In this document: positions 46,852 through 58,358 of the stretch, one piece after another
Position numbering within the stretch: position 1 is the first letter of the stretch
Layout of the letters: each line of letters begins with the position of its first letter
Origin: a phage
Direction: 5' to 3' (one strand)
DNA length: 64,000 nt
Sequence record: PZ019086.1
Translations under genes and position numbers: made by a program
The notes under the pieces: generated by a model
The model's database searches: none
What the model was told of the DNA's origin: nothing
The model's input: the letters and a program-made list of their open reading frames with translations, nothing else

Positions 46852-48888
46852 ATGAATTATAACGAAATTGTTGATGAATTAGTTGATACCATACAATCAG
46901 CTTGTTCAATTATTCCCGAAGGTTATTATAGACGAGTTAAATGGGAATTATACAATCCCAATAAAGAAATGATTCAACCCGATAATGGGGTTGAATGGGA
47001 CACTGAAATTATTAAATTAGATACCCATCTTTACACCGAAAATCCATTTGGTCATTCTTCTGATACATTTACTGAATCATCTGATGGAGAAACCCAAACT
47101 GGTGTTTTTTGTCATAAAATCGGCGTGTATTTTCCAACTCAAACTGCGTTAGAAGATTACGTTGAACAAATTGGTGCAACTTTACTTCCAGGTAATACTT
47201 GGTATGGTGCTGATTTATCGAAACGTGAATTTTTTAAAACTGAAATTGAATATGATATGTATCGCATTGAAAATCGCGGAGGTACATGGCATCATACGGG
47301 TCCTAGAATAGATGCTAGGACAATGATCGGTGTTAACAATGACTATACAATGTATGTTAACTTTAACGGTTTAGGAGATTATCGAAGAGCATATTTAAAA
47401 TATTATGAAGATAAACCATGCACATATGTCGGTTTAACACTAAATTTAAATATAGATACATCAATTCCCGGTATTCCTTATTCACCTCCATCAATTATTG
47501 GAGAGCTTCCACTTAATGCAATTTCATGCGTTAATTTTACTGCCCAATTTCCATACAATGGCTTAACAACTGCAATTATTGAGGCTTGGAACACCTCAAG
47601 AGATTCATTTAAACTATATTGGGATATGTTGCCTGGTATGCCGGCAATTAGCGGAAGTGATTTTGAAAAATATTTTAATTCGGCATATACACATTTATCT
47701 GTAGCAATGGAAGAGCTTGGAAATTCGGCAATTGCCATGTGTCAATATGTTCAGCAACAAGCCTTTATGGTTTTTAAAAATTCTGTTTCACAAGTTCTAA
47801 ATATTGTCGGTGGCGGATGGGATTTATTAAAAAGTTTTTTACCTAAAATAACAATAATGGGCATATCTATTGATATTGAAGATTTATGTACATCAACAGA
47901 TGGTGTTCAAAAATTGAAGGAAACCTTTGAAAATTTTAATCTGGAAGATACTATTAGTTCAATTTATTCTGCAATGGGTTCTGCATATGACTATTCTATA
48001 GAACGCGTTAAAATGTATTCGCGGGATTTAATTGATGCAATAACAGATTTATATGATTGGGCCTGGTCAAAATTAATGATGGCCGGTGTCGCTTTATCAA
48101 AATTATGTGTTGATTTAGCACAAATCTGGAGCATGCCACCAATTATTCCAAATCCAGTGTGGTCTGTTATCACTTTAGTGAAGGAAATGATGAAACAAAT
48201 TCCTCCATTAGATATGATTATGTCAGGTAATTTTCCTGGATTTACTGCTTCTGATGTATATCAGATGGTTATGTCTATCGTATCTGAAAAAATTAAACAA
48301 GTTTATACTGAAATAGAATCATTAAAAACCCAAGCATTGGATGTATGGAATGAAATTAAACTAAAAACACAGGAATATAAAAAGCAAACGATTGAATTTA
48401 AACAATATTTATCAGGAATGGCTGAAAAGGTTGAAGATGAAATAACTATAGCAAAAAAGAAAGCGTTACAAGAAGCTGAATCCGCTTTAAATGTTTTAAA
48501 GGATAAATATAACAGTATTAAAGACTTGATAAAAAATAAACAGATTTCTGTGTCTGATGTATTAGATTTAGCTTTGACTGAATTTCGAAAAATTCCATTA
48601 ATTTCACAAATGGAATCATTATTATCTTTAGCTGGAGCATCTATCGATGATATAATGAAAGTATATGAAAATAGCGTTACTAAAGCAAAATCATTATATC
48701 ACGAATTCACCGATGGCGCTCGGTCAATGAAAGATCTATGCAAATCATTATACAATCAAATTTCGACTTTATGTTTGAGTAAGGTTGTGCAATGGATTAA
48801 TAAAATGCTTGGAATATTTGGATTAAGTATTACATTTCCAACAGTATCAATATGCATTCCATGCTTAAAAACTCCTATGAGGAATTAA
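46852..48888 (+). CDS. Large uncharacterised protein encoded between gene 5 and gene 6; N-terminal Trp/Tyr-rich region, C-terminal helical/coiled-coil half, hydrophobic C-terminal tail
   Basis: Uninterrupted 2.0-kb ORF in AT-rich DNA; ATG one base after the gene 5 stop (TAAtATG); its stop sits 1 nt before the gene 6 ATG. Confidence 0.7.
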   Translation: MNYNEIVDELVDTIQSACSIIPEGYYRRVKWELYNPNKEMIQPDNGVEWDTEIIKLDTHLYTENPFGHSSDTFTESSDGETQTGVFCHKIGVYFPTQTALEDYVEQIGATLLPGNTWYGADLSKREFFKTEIEYDMYRIENRGGTWHHTGPRIDARTMIGVNNDYTMYVNFNGLGDYRRAYLKYYEDKPCTYVGLTLNLNIDTSIPGIPYSPPSIIGELPLNAISCVNFTAQFPYNGLTTAIIEAWNTSRDSFKLYWDMLPGMPAISGSDFEKYFNSAYTHLSVAMEELGNSAIAMCQYVQQQAFMVFKNSVSQVLNIVGGGWDLLKSFLPKITIMGISIDIEDLCTSTDGVQKLKETFENFNLEDTISSIYSAMGSAYDYSIERVKMYSRDLIDAITDLYDWAWSKLMMAGVALSKLCVDLAQIWSMPPIIPNPVWSVITLVKEMMKQIPPLDMIMSGNFPGFTASDVYQMVMSIVSEKIKQVYTEIESLKTQALDVWNEIKLKTQEYKKQTIEFKQYLSGMAEKVEDEITIAKKKALQEAESALNVLKDKYNSIKDLIKNKQISVSDVLDLALTEFRKIPLISQMESLLSLAGASIDDIMKVYENSVTKAKSLYHEFTDGARSMKDLCKSLYNQISTLCLSKVVQWINKMLGIFGLSITFPTVSICIPCLKTPMRN

Positions 48889-48889
48889 A

Positions 48890-50869
48890 ATGACAACTCC
48901 TGTAAATTATCAATTAACAAGAACAGCAAATGCTATTCCCGAGATATTCGTCGGGGGTACATTTGCTGAAATAAAACAAAACCTCATTGAATGGCTTAAT
49001 GGTCAAAATGAATTTTTGGATTATGATTTTGAAGGCTCAAGATTAAACGTTCTGTGCGACCTTTTGGCTTATAATACATTATACATTCAGCAGTTTGGTA
49101 ATGCTGCCGTGTATGAAAGCTTTATGCGTACTGCTAATTTGCGTAGTTCAGTAGTTCAAGCGGCACAAGATAATGGATATTTACCTACTTCAAAATCAGC
49201 TGCTCAAACTGAAATTATGCTAACTTGTACAGATGCATTGAATAGAAATTACATTACTATTCCTCGTGGTACTCGCTTTTTAGCATATGCAAAGGATACT
49301 TCCGTTAATCCTTACAACTTTGTATCTACCGAAGATGTTATTGCTATTCGCGATAAAAATAACCAATATTTTCCGCGTTTAAAATTGGCCCAGGGACGTA
49401 TAGTAAGAACTGAAATCATTTATGATAAATTAACGCCTATTATCATTTATGATAAAAATATTGATAGAAACCAGGTTAAATTATATGTTGATGGAGCGGA
49501 ATGGATTAACTGGACGAGAAAGTCAATGGTTCATGCTGGTTCAACATCAACGATTTACTATATGCGTGAAACTATTGATGGAAACACTGAATTCTATTTT
49601 GGTGAAGGTGAAATTTCTGTTAATGCGGCAGAAGGAGCATTGACTGCTAATTATATTGGGGGTCTTAAACCTACCCAGAACTCTACGATTGTTATTGAGT
49701 ACATCAGTACTAACGGTGCAGATGCGAATGGCGCAGTCGGATTTTCATATGCAGATACATTAACAAATATAACTGTCATCAACATTAATGAAAATCCAAA
49801 CGATGACCCAGATTTTGTTGGGGCAGATGGCGGCGGTGATCCAGAAGATATTGAACGTATTCGCGAATTGGGTACTATTAAACGCGAAACCCAGCAACGC
49901 TGTGTAACTGCGACTGACTATGATACATTCGTTTCAGAGAGATTTGGTTCTATTATTCAAGCAGTTCAGACTTTCACTGATTCTACTAAACCTGGTTATG
50001 CATTTATTGCTGCTAAACCTAAATCAGGGTTGTATTTAACTACTGTACAGCGCGAAGATATTAAAAATTATCTCAAAGACTATAATTTAGCTCCTATTAC
50101 ACCGTCAATTATTTCTCCTAATTATCTTTTTATTAAGACTAATTTAAAAGTCACATATGCTTTAAATAAGCTGCAAGAATCCGAACAGTGGCTCGAAGGT
50201 CAAATAATTGATAAAATTGATCGTTATTATACCGAAGATGTAGAAATTTTTAACTCATCTTTCGCTAAATCTAAGATGTTGACATATGTAGATGATGCAG
50301 ATCATTCTATCATTGGTTCATCAGCGACAATTCAAATTGTTCGTGAAGTACAAAACTTCTATAAAACGCCTGAAGCAGGTATTAAATACAATAATCAAAT
50401 AAAAGATCGTTCTATGGAATCTAATACGTTTTCATTTAATTCTGGACGAAAGGTTGTAAATCCTGATACTGGTTTAGAAGAAGATGTATTATATGACGTT
50501 CGCATAGTATCAACAGACCGAGATTCTAAAGGAATTGGTAAAGTTATTATTGGTCCATTTGCTTCTGGCGATGTTACAGAAAATGAAAACATTCAGCCGT
50601 ATACAGGCAACGATTTTAACAAATTAGCAAATTCTGATGGACGCGACAAATACTATGTTATCGGTGAAATAAATTATCCAGCTGATGTGATTTATTGGAA
50701 TATCGCTAAAATTAATTTAACATCTGAAAAATTTGAAGTTCAGACTATTGAATTATATTCTGACCCAACCGATGATGTTATCTTTACTCGCGATGGTTCG
50801 CTGATTGTATTTGAAAATGACTTACGTCCACAATACTTAACTATCGATTTGGAGCCTATATCACAATGA
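48890..50869 (+). CDS. 6: Baseplate wedge protein gp6
   Basis: 659 aa; GAGGAA Shine-Dalgarno; size and order match T4. Confidence 0.9.
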   Translation: MTTPVNYQLTRTANAIPEIFVGGTFAEIKQNLIEWLNGQNEFLDYDFEGSRLNVLCDLLAYNTLYIQQFGNAAVYESFMRTANLRSSVVQAAQDNGYLPTSKSAAQTEIMLTCTDALNRNYITIPRGTRFLAYAKDTSVNPYNFVSTEDVIAIRDKNNQYFPRLKLAQGRIVRTEIIYDKLTPIIIYDKNIDRNQVKLYVDGAEWINWTRKSMVHAGSTSTIYYMRETIDGNTEFYFGEGEISVNAAEGALTANYIGGLKPTQNSTIVIEYISTNGADANGAVGFSYADTLTNITVININENPNDDPDFVGADGGGDPEDIERIRELGTIKRETQQRCVTATDYDTFVSERFGSIIQAVQTFTDSTKPGYAFIAAKPKSGLYLTTVQREDIKNYLKDYNLAPITPSIISPNYLFIKTNLKVTYALNKLQESEQWLEGQIIDKIDRYYTEDVEIFNSSFAKSKMLTYVDDADHSIIGSSATIQIVREVQNFYKTPEAGIKYNNQIKDRSMESNTFSFNSGRKVVNPDTGLEEDVLYDVRIVSTDRDSKGIGKVIIGPFASGDVTENENIQPYTGNDFNKLANSDGRDKYYVIGEINYPADVIYWNIAKINLTSEKFEVQTIELYSDPTDDVIFTRDGSLIVFENDLRPQYLTIDLEPISQ

Positions 50870-53800
50870 CAGTAAAAGCACCTTCAGTCACTAGTCTCAG
50901 AATTTCCAAGTTATCCGCAAATCAGGTGCAAGTACGCTGGGATGACGTTGGTGCTAATTTCTACTATTTTGTAGAAATCGCTGAGACAAAAACAAACTCG
51001 GGGGAAAATCTCCCGAGTAATCAATACAGATGGATTAACTTAGGATATACTGCAAATAACAGCTTCTTTTTTGATGATGCTGACCCATTGACATCATACG
51101 TTATTAGAGTAGCTACAGCTGCACAAGATTTTGAGCAGTCTGATTGGATTTATACCGAAGAGTTTGAAACTTTTGCTACAAATGCTTATACATTTCAAAA
51201 CATGATTGAAATGCAATTAGCCAATAAATTCATTCAGGAAAAATTTACTCTTAATAATTCTGATTATGTCAATTTTAATAATGACACCATAATGGCTGCA
51301 TTGATGAATGAATCGTTCCAATTCAGCCCGTCATATGTTGATGTTTCATCAATAAGTAATTTTATTATTGGTGAAAATGAGTATCATGAAATACAAGGTT
51401 CTATTCAGCAAGTATGTAAGGATATTAACCGAGTTTATTTGATGGAATCAGAAGGGATTCTATACCTTTTTGAGCGTTATCAACCTGTAGTTAAAGTATC
51501 CAATGATAAAGGACAAACTTGGAAAGCTGTAAAGCTCTTCAATGACCGCGTAGGATATCCTTTATCTAAGACAGTATATTACCAATCTGCGAACACAACA
51601 TACGTTCTAGGATACGACAAGATTTTCTATGGCCGCAAATCTACTGATGTTAGATGGTCAGCTGACGATGTCAGATTTAGTTCTCAGGATATAACATTCG
51701 CTAAACTTGGCGACCAATTACATTTAGGATTTGATGTAGAAATTTTTGCCACTTACGCAACTTTGCCAGCGAATGTATATCGCATTGCAGAAGCTATTAC
51801 TTGCAACGATGATTACATTTACGTTGTCGCCAGAGACAAAGTTAGATACATAAAAACGAGCAATGCACCTATAGATTCTGATCCATTATCTCCAACATAT
51901 TCGGAAAGGCTTTTTGAACCTGATACAATGACTATAACCGGAAATCCTAAAGCAGTATGCTATAAAATGGATTCTATCGGTGATAAAGTTTTTGCTCTTA
52001 TTATTGGTGAAGTTGAAACACTAAATGCTAATCCTAGAACATCAAAAATAATTGATTCTGCTGATAAAGGAATATATGTTTTAAATCATGACACAAAAAC
52101 ATGGAAAAGAGTTTTTGGCAACACTGAAGAAGAAAGAAGACGTATTCAACCAGGGTATGCGAATATGTCAACTGATGGTAAATTAGTTTCTCTATCATCG
52201 AGTAATTTTAAATTTTTAAGTGATAATGTTGTTAATGACCCTGAAACTGCCGCAAAATATCAGTTAATCGGTGCCGTTAAATATGAATTTCCTCGTGAAT
52301 GGTTAGCTGATAAGCATTATCATATGATGGCATTTATAGCAGATGAAAAGTCTGATTGGGAAACTTTTACTCCTCAGCCGATGAAATACTACGCTGAACC
52401 ATTCTTTAACTGGTCTAAAAAATCTAACACACGTTGTTGGATAAACAACTCTGATAGGGTTGTAGTAGTTTATGCTGATTTAAAATACACTAAAGTTATA
52501 GAAAATATTCCTGAAACATCACCAGATAGATTAGTTCATGAATACTGGGATGATGGCGATTGCACTATAGTAATGCCAAATGTTAAATTCACTGGATTTA
52601 AAAAATATGCATCTGGGATGCTTTTCTATAAAGCCTCTGGCGAAATAATTTCTTACTATGATTTTAACTATCGTGTTAGAGACACTGTCGAAATTATTTG
52701 GAAGCCAACTGAAGTATTTTTAAAAGCATTTTTACAAAACCAAGAGCATGAAACTCCTTGGTCGCCTGAAGAAGAGCGTGGATTAGCTGACCCTGATTTA
52801 AGACCGTTGATTGGCACAATGATGCCTGATTCTTATTTGTTACAGGATTCGAATTTTGAGGCATTTTGCGAAGCATATATTCAATATCTTTCTGATGGAT
52901 ATGGAACCCAGTATAACAATTTACGAAATTTAATTCGTAACAAATATCCACGAGAAGAGCATGCATGGGAATATTTGTGGTCAGAGATATATAAAAGAAA
53001 CATTTATTTAAATGCTGACAAACGTGATGCTGTTACAAGATTTTTCGAATCACGTAGCTATGATTTTTATTCTACTAAAGGAATTGAAGCATCATACAAA
53101 TTTCTTTTTAAAGTTCTTTATAATGAAGAGGTTGAAATTGAAATTGAATCTGGGGCTGGTACTGAATATGATATAATCGTTCAATCTGATTCTTTGACCG
53201 AAGACTTAGTAGGACAAACGATTTATACAGCTACAGGAAGATGTAATGTTACTTATATAGAAAGAAGCTATTCTAATGGTAAATTGCAATGGACCGTAAC
53301 TATTCATAATCTTTTGGGAAGATTGATTGCCGGTCAAGAAGTTAAAGCAGAAAGACTTCCTAGTTTTGAAGGCGAAATTATTCGTGGGGTTAAAGGAAAG
53401 GATTTGCTTCAAAATAATATAGACTATATTAATAGAAGTCGATCATATTATGTAATGAAAATTAAATCCAATTTGCCTTCTTCCCGCTGGAAATCTGACG
53501 TTATTCGTTTTGTTCATCCAGTAGGATTTGGATTTATAGCAATTACTCTTTTAACAATGTTTATTAATGTTGGTTTAACTCTTAAACACACAGAGACTAT
53601 AATTAATAAATACAAAAACTACAAATGGGATTCTGGATTGCCTACTGAATATGCTGATAGAGTAGCTAAATTAACTCCAACCGGTGAAATTGAGCATGAT
53701 TCGGTAACAGGCGAGGCAATTTATGAGCCTGGCCCAATGGCTGGTGTAAAATATCCTCTTCCTGATGACTATAATGCTGAAAATAATAATTCAATATTTC

Positions 53801-53964
53801 AAGGTCAATTGCCATCTGAACGACGTAAATTAATGAGTCCTCTATTTGATGCATCTGGAACAACATTTGCACAATTTAGAGATTTAGTTAATAAACGTCT
53901 AAAAGATAATATAGGAAATCCAAGAGACCCTGAAAATCCAACACAGGTTAAAATAGATGAATGA
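50866..53964 (+). CDS. 7: Baseplate wedge protein gp7
   Basis: 1032 aa, equal to T4 gp7; overlaps neighbours by 4 nt. Confidence 0.9.
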   Translation: MTVKAPSVTSLRISKLSANQVQVRWDDVGANFYYFVEIAETKTNSGENLPSNQYRWINLGYTANNSFFFDDADPLTSYVIRVATAAQDFEQSDWIYTEEFETFATNAYTFQNMIEMQLANKFIQEKFTLNNSDYVNFNNDTIMAALMNESFQFSPSYVDVSSISNFIIGENEYHEIQGSIQQVCKDINRVYLMESEGILYLFERYQPVVKVSNDKGQTWKAVKLFNDRVGYPLSKTVYYQSANTTYVLGYDKIFYGRKSTDVRWSADDVRFSSQDITFAKLGDQLHLGFDVEIFATYATLPANVYRIAEAITCNDDYIYVVARDKVRYIKTSNAPIDSDPLSPTYSERLFEPDTMTITGNPKAVCYKMDSIGDKVFALIIGEVETLNANPRTSKIIDSADKGIYVLNHDTKTWKRVFGNTEEERRRIQPGYANMSTDGKLVSLSSSNFKFLSDNVVNDPETAAKYQLIGAVKYEFPREWLADKHYHMMAFIADEKSDWETFTPQPMKYYAEPFFNWSKKSNTRCWINNSDRVVVVYADLKYTKVIENIPETSPDRLVHEYWDDGDCTIVMPNVKFTGFKKYASGMLFYKASGEIISYYDFNYRVRDTVEIIWKPTEVFLKAFLQNQEHETPWSPEEERGLADPDLRPLIGTMMPDSYLLQDSNFEAFCEAYIQYLSDGYGTQYNNLRNLIRNKYPREEHAWEYLWSEIYKRNIYLNADKRDAVTRFFESRSYDFYSTKGIEASYKFLFKVLYNEEVEIEIESGAGTEYDIIVQSDSLTEDLVGQTIYTATGRCNVTYIERSYSNGKLQWTVTIHNLLGRLIAGQEVKAERLPSFEGEIIRGVKGKDLLQNNIDYINRSRSYYVMKIKSNLPSSRWKSDVIRFVHPVGFGFIAITLLTMFINVGLTLKHTETIINKYKNYKWDSGLPTEYADRVAKLTPTGEIEHDSVTGEAIYEPGPMAGVKYPLPDDYNAENNNSIFQGQLPSERRKLMSPLFDASGTTFAQFRDLVNKRLKDNIGNPRDPENPTQVKIDE

Positions 53965-54961
53965 TTCAAGTGTTATCTATCGTGCGATAGTTACTTCAAA
54001 ATTTAGAACAGAAAAAATGTTGAATTTTTATAATTCAATTGGAAGTGGTCCGGATAAAAACACTATCTTTATCACATTTGGAAGATCAGAACCATGGTCA
54101 TCAAATGAAAATGAGGTGGGCTTTGCCCCACCTTATCCCACCGATTCTGTATTAGGTGTAACTGACATGTGGACTCATATGATGGGAACTGTAAAGGTTC
54201 TTCCATCTATGCTTGATGCAGTTATTCCTCGTAGAGATTGGGGAGATACTAGATATCCGGATCCATACACATTTAAAATTAACGATATTGTAGTATGTAA
54301 CTCAGCTCCTTACAATGCTACTGAATCAGGCGCAGGCTGGTTAGTATATCGCTGTTTAGATGTTCCTGACACAGGAATGTGTTCAATTGAGTCTTTAACT
54401 AATAAGGATGAATGCCTTAAGTTAGGTGGAAAATGGACTCCTTCTGTTAGGTCAATGACTCCTCCTGAAGGTCGAGGAGACGCGGAAGGAACAATCGAAC
54501 CTGGAGACGGGTATGTATGGGAATATCTTTTTGAGATTCCGCCTGATGTATCTATAAATAGATGCACGAATGAATATATCGTAGTTCCTTGGCCGGAAGA
54601 ATTAAAAGAAGACCCGACTAGATGGGGGTATGAAGATAATCTCACTTGGCAACAAGATGATTTTGGATTAATTTACCGTGTTAAGGCAAATACTATCCGT
54701 TTTAAAGCATATTTAGATTCAGTTTATTTTCCTGAAGCTGCACTGCCGGGAAATAAAGGATTTAGGCAAATATCAATAATCACGAATCCTCTTGAAGCTA
54801 AAGCTCATCCAAATGACCCAAACGTTAAAGCTGAAAAGGATTATTATGATCCGGAAGATTTAATGAGGCATTCGGGCGAAATGATTTATATGGAAAATAG
54901 GCCACCTATTATCATGGCAATGGATCAAACAGAAGAAATCAATATTCTGTTTACATTTTAA
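53957..54961 (+). CDS. 8: Baseplate wedge protein gp8
   Basis: 334 aa, equal to T4 gp8. Confidence 0.9.
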   Translation: MNDSSVIYRAIVTSKFRTEKMLNFYNSIGSGPDKNTIFITFGRSEPWSSNENEVGFAPPYPTDSVLGVTDMWTHMMGTVKVLPSMLDAVIPRRDWGDTRYPDPYTFKINDIVVCNSAPYNATESGAGWLVYRCLDVPDTGMCSIESLTNKDECLKLGGKWTPSVRSMTPPEGRGDAEGTIEPGDGYVWEYLFEIPPDVSINRCTNEYIVVPWPEELKEDPTRWGYEDNLTWQQDDFGLIYRVKANTIRFKAYLDSVYFPEAALPGNKGFRQISIITNPLEAKAHPNDPNVKAEKDYYDPEDLMRHSGEMIYMENRPPIIMAMDQTEEINILFTF

Positions 54962-54964
54962 CTT

Positions 54965-54990
54965 AAGGGAGCCCATGGGCTCCCTTTTTC
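54965..54990 (+). terminator. Rho-independent terminator after gene 8
   Basis: gggagcccatgggctccc hairpin followed by a T-run. Confidence 0.6.
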
Positions 54991-54991
54991 T

Positions 54992-54999
54992 TTATAAAT
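54992..54999 (+). promoter_or_regulatory. Late promoter box TATAAATA for gene 9
   Basis: Exact TATAAATA 26 nt upstream of the gene 9 ATG. Confidence 0.6.
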
Positions 55000-55024
55000 A
55001 CTATAAACTCATAAGGAAACCGCT

Positions 55025-55891
55025 ATGTTCATTCAAGAACCAAAGAAATTGATTGATACCGGCGAAATTGGTAACGCTTCTACTGGTGATATCTTATTCG
55101 ACGGTGGTAATAAAATTAATAGTGATTTTAACGCAATTTATAATGCGTTTGGTGATCAACGTAAAATGGCAGTAGCAAATGGAACTGGAGCAGATGGCCA
55201 AATTATCCATGCTACTGGATATTATCAAAAACACTCTATTGCAGAGTACGCAACTCCAGTAAAAGTTGGCACTAGACATGATATTGATACCTCTACTGTA
55301 GGTGTTAAAGTTATCATTGAAAGAGGCGAACTTGGCGACTGCGTTGAATTTATTAACTCAAATGGATCTATATCAGTTACTAATCCTTTAACGATTCAGG
55401 CGATTGATTCAATTAAAGGTGTTTCGGGTAATTTAGTAGTAACTAGCCCATATAGTAAAGTAACATTACGTTGTATTTCATCTGATAATTCTACATCGGT
55501 TTGGAATTATTCTATTGAAAGCATGTTTGGACAAAAGGAATCACCAGCTGAAGGTACATGGAATATTTCTACATCCGGATCAGTTGATATTCCACTATTT
55601 CATCGCACTGAATACAATATGGCTAAATTGCTAGTTACATGCCAATCAGTAGATGGAAGAAAAATTAAAACAGCAGAAATAAATATTCTTGTGGATACTG
55701 TTAATTCAGAGGTCATTTCTTCTGAATATGCTGTCATGCGGGTTGGGAATGAAACCGAAGAAGACGAAATCGCTAATATTGCATTTAGTATTAAAGAAAA
55801 TTATGTAACGGCGACTATAAGTTCTTCAACTGTCGGTATGAGAGCAGCAGTTAAAGTTATCGCTACGCAGAAAATCGGGGTGGCTCAATAA
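55025..55891 (+). CDS. 9: Baseplate protein gp9 (long tail fibre socket)
   Basis: 288 aa, equal to T4 gp9. Confidence 0.9.
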   Translation: MFIQEPKKLIDTGEIGNASTGDILFDGGNKINSDFNAIYNAFGDQRKMAVANGTGADGQIIHATGYYQKHSIAEYATPVKVGTRHDIDTSTVGVKVIIERGELGDCVEFINSNGSISVTNPLTIQAIDSIKGVSGNLVVTSPYSKVTLRCISSDNSTSVWNYSIESMFGQKESPAEGTWNISTSGSVDIPLFHRTEYNMAKLLVTCQSVDGRKIKTAEINILVDTVNSEVISSEYAVMRVGNETEEDEIANIAFSIKENYVTATISSSTVGMRAAVKVIATQKIGVAQ

Positions 55892-57699
55892 TGAAACAAA
55901 ATATTAATATCGGTAATGTTGTTGATGATGGTACCGGTGACTACCTGCGTAAAGGTGGTATAAAAATAAATGAAAACTTTGATGAGCTTTATTATGAGCT
56001 CGGTGATGGAGATGTTCCATATTCAGCCGGTGCCTGGAAAACTTATGATGCTTCAACTGGCCAAACATTAAAAGCTGAGTGGGGGAAATCATACGCTATT
56101 AATACCTCTTCTGGAAGAGTAACTATAAATCTTCCAAAAGGAACTGTCAATGATTACAACAAGGTAATTAGAGCTAGAGACGTATTTGCTACATGGAACG
56201 TCAACCCAGTTACATTAGTAGCTGCTTCCGGCGATACGATTAAAGGGTCTGCAGTACCAGTTGAAATTAATGTTCAATTCAGCGATTTGGAATTAGTGTA
56301 TTGCGCCCCAGGACGTTGGGAATATGTCAAAAATAAGCAAATTGACAAAATTACCAGTTCAGACATTAGTAATGTAGCTCGTAAAGAATTTTTAGTCGAA
56401 GTCCAAGGACAAACAGACTTTTTAGATGTTTTCCGTGGAACTAGTTATAATGTAAATAACATCAGAGTAAAACATCGTGGTAACGAATTGTATTACGGCG
56501 ATGTATTTAGTGAAAACAGCGATTTTGGCTCTCCGGGCGAAAATGAAGGTGAATTAGTTCCTCTTGATGGATTTAATATTCGATTAAGACAGCCTTGTAA
56601 TATTGGTGATACTGTTCAAATTGAAACATTTATGGATGGCGTATCACAGTGGAGAAGTTCATATACAAGACGTCAAATTAGAGTGTTAGATTCAAAATTA
56701 ACGTCAAAAACTTCTTTAGAAGGAAGCATTTACGTTACTGATTTATCAACAATGAAATCAATTCCGTTTTCAGCTTTTGGATTAATTCCAGGTGAACCTA
56801 TTAATCCTAATTCTCTCGAGGTCCGTTTTAATGGAATTTTACAAGAATTGGCTGGAACAGTTGGAATGCCATTATTTCATTGTGTTGGTGCCGATTCAGA
56901 CGATGAAGTAGAATGCTCTGTTTTAGGTGGAACTTGGGAACAGTCTCATACCGACTATTCAGTTGAAACTGATGAAAACGGCATACCAGAAACATTGCAC
57001 TTCGATAGAGTATTTGAGCATGGCGACATTATTAATATCACCTGGTTTAATAATGATTTAGGTACATTATTAACAAAAGATGAGATTATTGATGAAACTG
57101 ATAATCTCTATGTATCGCAAGGACCAGGAGTAGATATTTCCGGTGATGTAAATTTAACAGACTTCGATAAAATTGGTTGGCCAAATGTAGAAGCAGTTCA
57201 ATCCTATCAACGTGAATTTAATGCTGTTTCAAATATCTTTGATACGATTTATCCTATTGGAACTATATATGAAAACGCTGTTAATCCAAATAACCCTGTT
57301 ACATATATGGGATTCGGCTCATGGAAATTATTTGGGCAAGGAAAAGTTTTAGTTGGATGGAATGAAGATATTTCGGACCCTAACTTTGCTCTAAATAACA
57401 ACGATTTAGATTCGGGCGGAAATCCTTCACATACTGCGGGCGGAACAGGTGGTTCTACTTCTGTTACATTGGAAAATGCTAATCTTCCTGCAACTGAAAC
57501 AGATGAAGAAGTTCTAATAGTTGATGAAAATGGATCAGTCATTGTTGGTGGATGTCAATACGATCCAGATGAATCTGGTCCAGTTTACACGAAATACCGT
57601 GAAGCTAAAGCATCTACTAACTCTACTCACACTCCGCCAACATCAATAACTAACATTCAACCATATATTACAGTTTATCGTTGGATAAGGATTGCATAA
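55891..57699 (+). CDS. 10: Baseplate protein gp10
   Basis: 602 aa, equal to T4 gp10. Confidence 0.9.
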   Translation: MKQNINIGNVVDDGTGDYLRKGGIKINENFDELYYELGDGDVPYSAGAWKTYDASTGQTLKAEWGKSYAINTSSGRVTINLPKGTVNDYNKVIRARDVFATWNVNPVTLVAASGDTIKGSAVPVEINVQFSDLELVYCAPGRWEYVKNKQIDKITSSDISNVARKEFLVEVQGQTDFLDVFRGTSYNVNNIRVKHRGNELYYGDVFSENSDFGSPGENEGELVPLDGFNIRLRQPCNIGDTVQIETFMDGVSQWRSSYTRRQIRVLDSKLTSKTSLEGSIYVTDLSTMKSIPFSAFGLIPGEPINPNSLEVRFNGILQELAGTVGMPLFHCVGADSDDEVECSVLGGTWEQSHTDYSVETDENGIPETLHFDRVFEHGDIINITWFNNDLGTLLTKDEIIDETDNLYVSQGPGVDISGDVNLTDFDKIGWPNVEAVQSYQREFNAVSNIFDTIYPIGTIYENAVNPNNPVTYMGFGSWKLFGQGKVLVGWNEDISDPNFALNNNDLDSGGNPSHTAGGTGGSTSVTLENANLPATETDEEVLIVDENGSVIVGGCQYDPDESGPVYTKYREAKASTNSTHTPPTSITNIQPYITVYRWIRIA

Positions 57700-58358
57700 T
57701 GAGTTTACTTAATAATAAAGCGGGAGTTATTTCCCGCTTAGCCGATTTTCTTGGTTTTAGACCTAAAACTGGTGACATCGATGTAATGAATCGTCAATCA
57801 GTTGGGTCAGTGACAATTTCTCAATTAGCGAAAGGATTTTATGAACCAAACGTAGAATCAGCTATTAATGACGTTCATAATTTTTCTATAAAAGACGTCG
57901 GTACAATTATTACTAATAAAACCGGTGTTTCTCCTGAGGGTGTTTCTCAAACTGATTACTGGACATTTTCGGGAACTGTAACAGATGATTCGCTTCCTCC
58001 TGGTTCTCCTGTTACTGTGTTAGTATTTGGTCTTCCAGTTTCAGCAACAACTGGAATGACAGCTATTGAGTTTGTCGCCAAAGTTCGTGTTGCTCTGCAA
58101 GAAGCTATTGCGTCATTTACTGCTATCAATTCATATAAAGACCATCCAACCGATGGTAGTAAATTAGAAGTTACTTATTTAGATAATCAAAAACATGTAT
58201 TAAGCACATATTCTACATATGGAATAACTATTTCCCAAGAAATTATTTCAGAATCTAAGCCTGGGTATGGCACATGGAATTTGCTTGGTGCACAAACTGT
58301 AACTTTAGATAATCAGCAAACTCCAATAGTACTTTATCATTTTGAGAGAACAGCATGA
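57699..58358 (+). CDS. 11: Baseplate protein gp11 (short tail fibre attachment)
   Basis: Start set at the ATG overlapping the gene 10 stop (TAATG), giving 219 aa as in T4; the listed ORF begins 18 nt upstream. Confidence 0.85.
   Translation: MSLLNNKAGVISRLADFLGFRPKTGDIDVMNRQSVGSVTISQLAKGFYEPNVESAINDVHNFSIKDVGTIITNKTGVSPEGVSQTDYWTFSGTVTDDSLPPGSPVTVLVFGLPVSATTGMTAIEFVAKVRVALQEAIASFTAINSYKDHPTDGSKLEVTYLDNQKHVLSTYSTYGITISQEIISESKPGYGTWNLLGAQTVTLDNQQTPIVLYHFERTA

Noticed and set aside
46852-48888. PAAR spike-tip or GIY-YIG/HNH endonuclease identity for the 5-6 intervening ORF
   Set aside because: No PAAR-like repeats, no GIY...YIG and no HNH motif seen in the translation; left as unknown.
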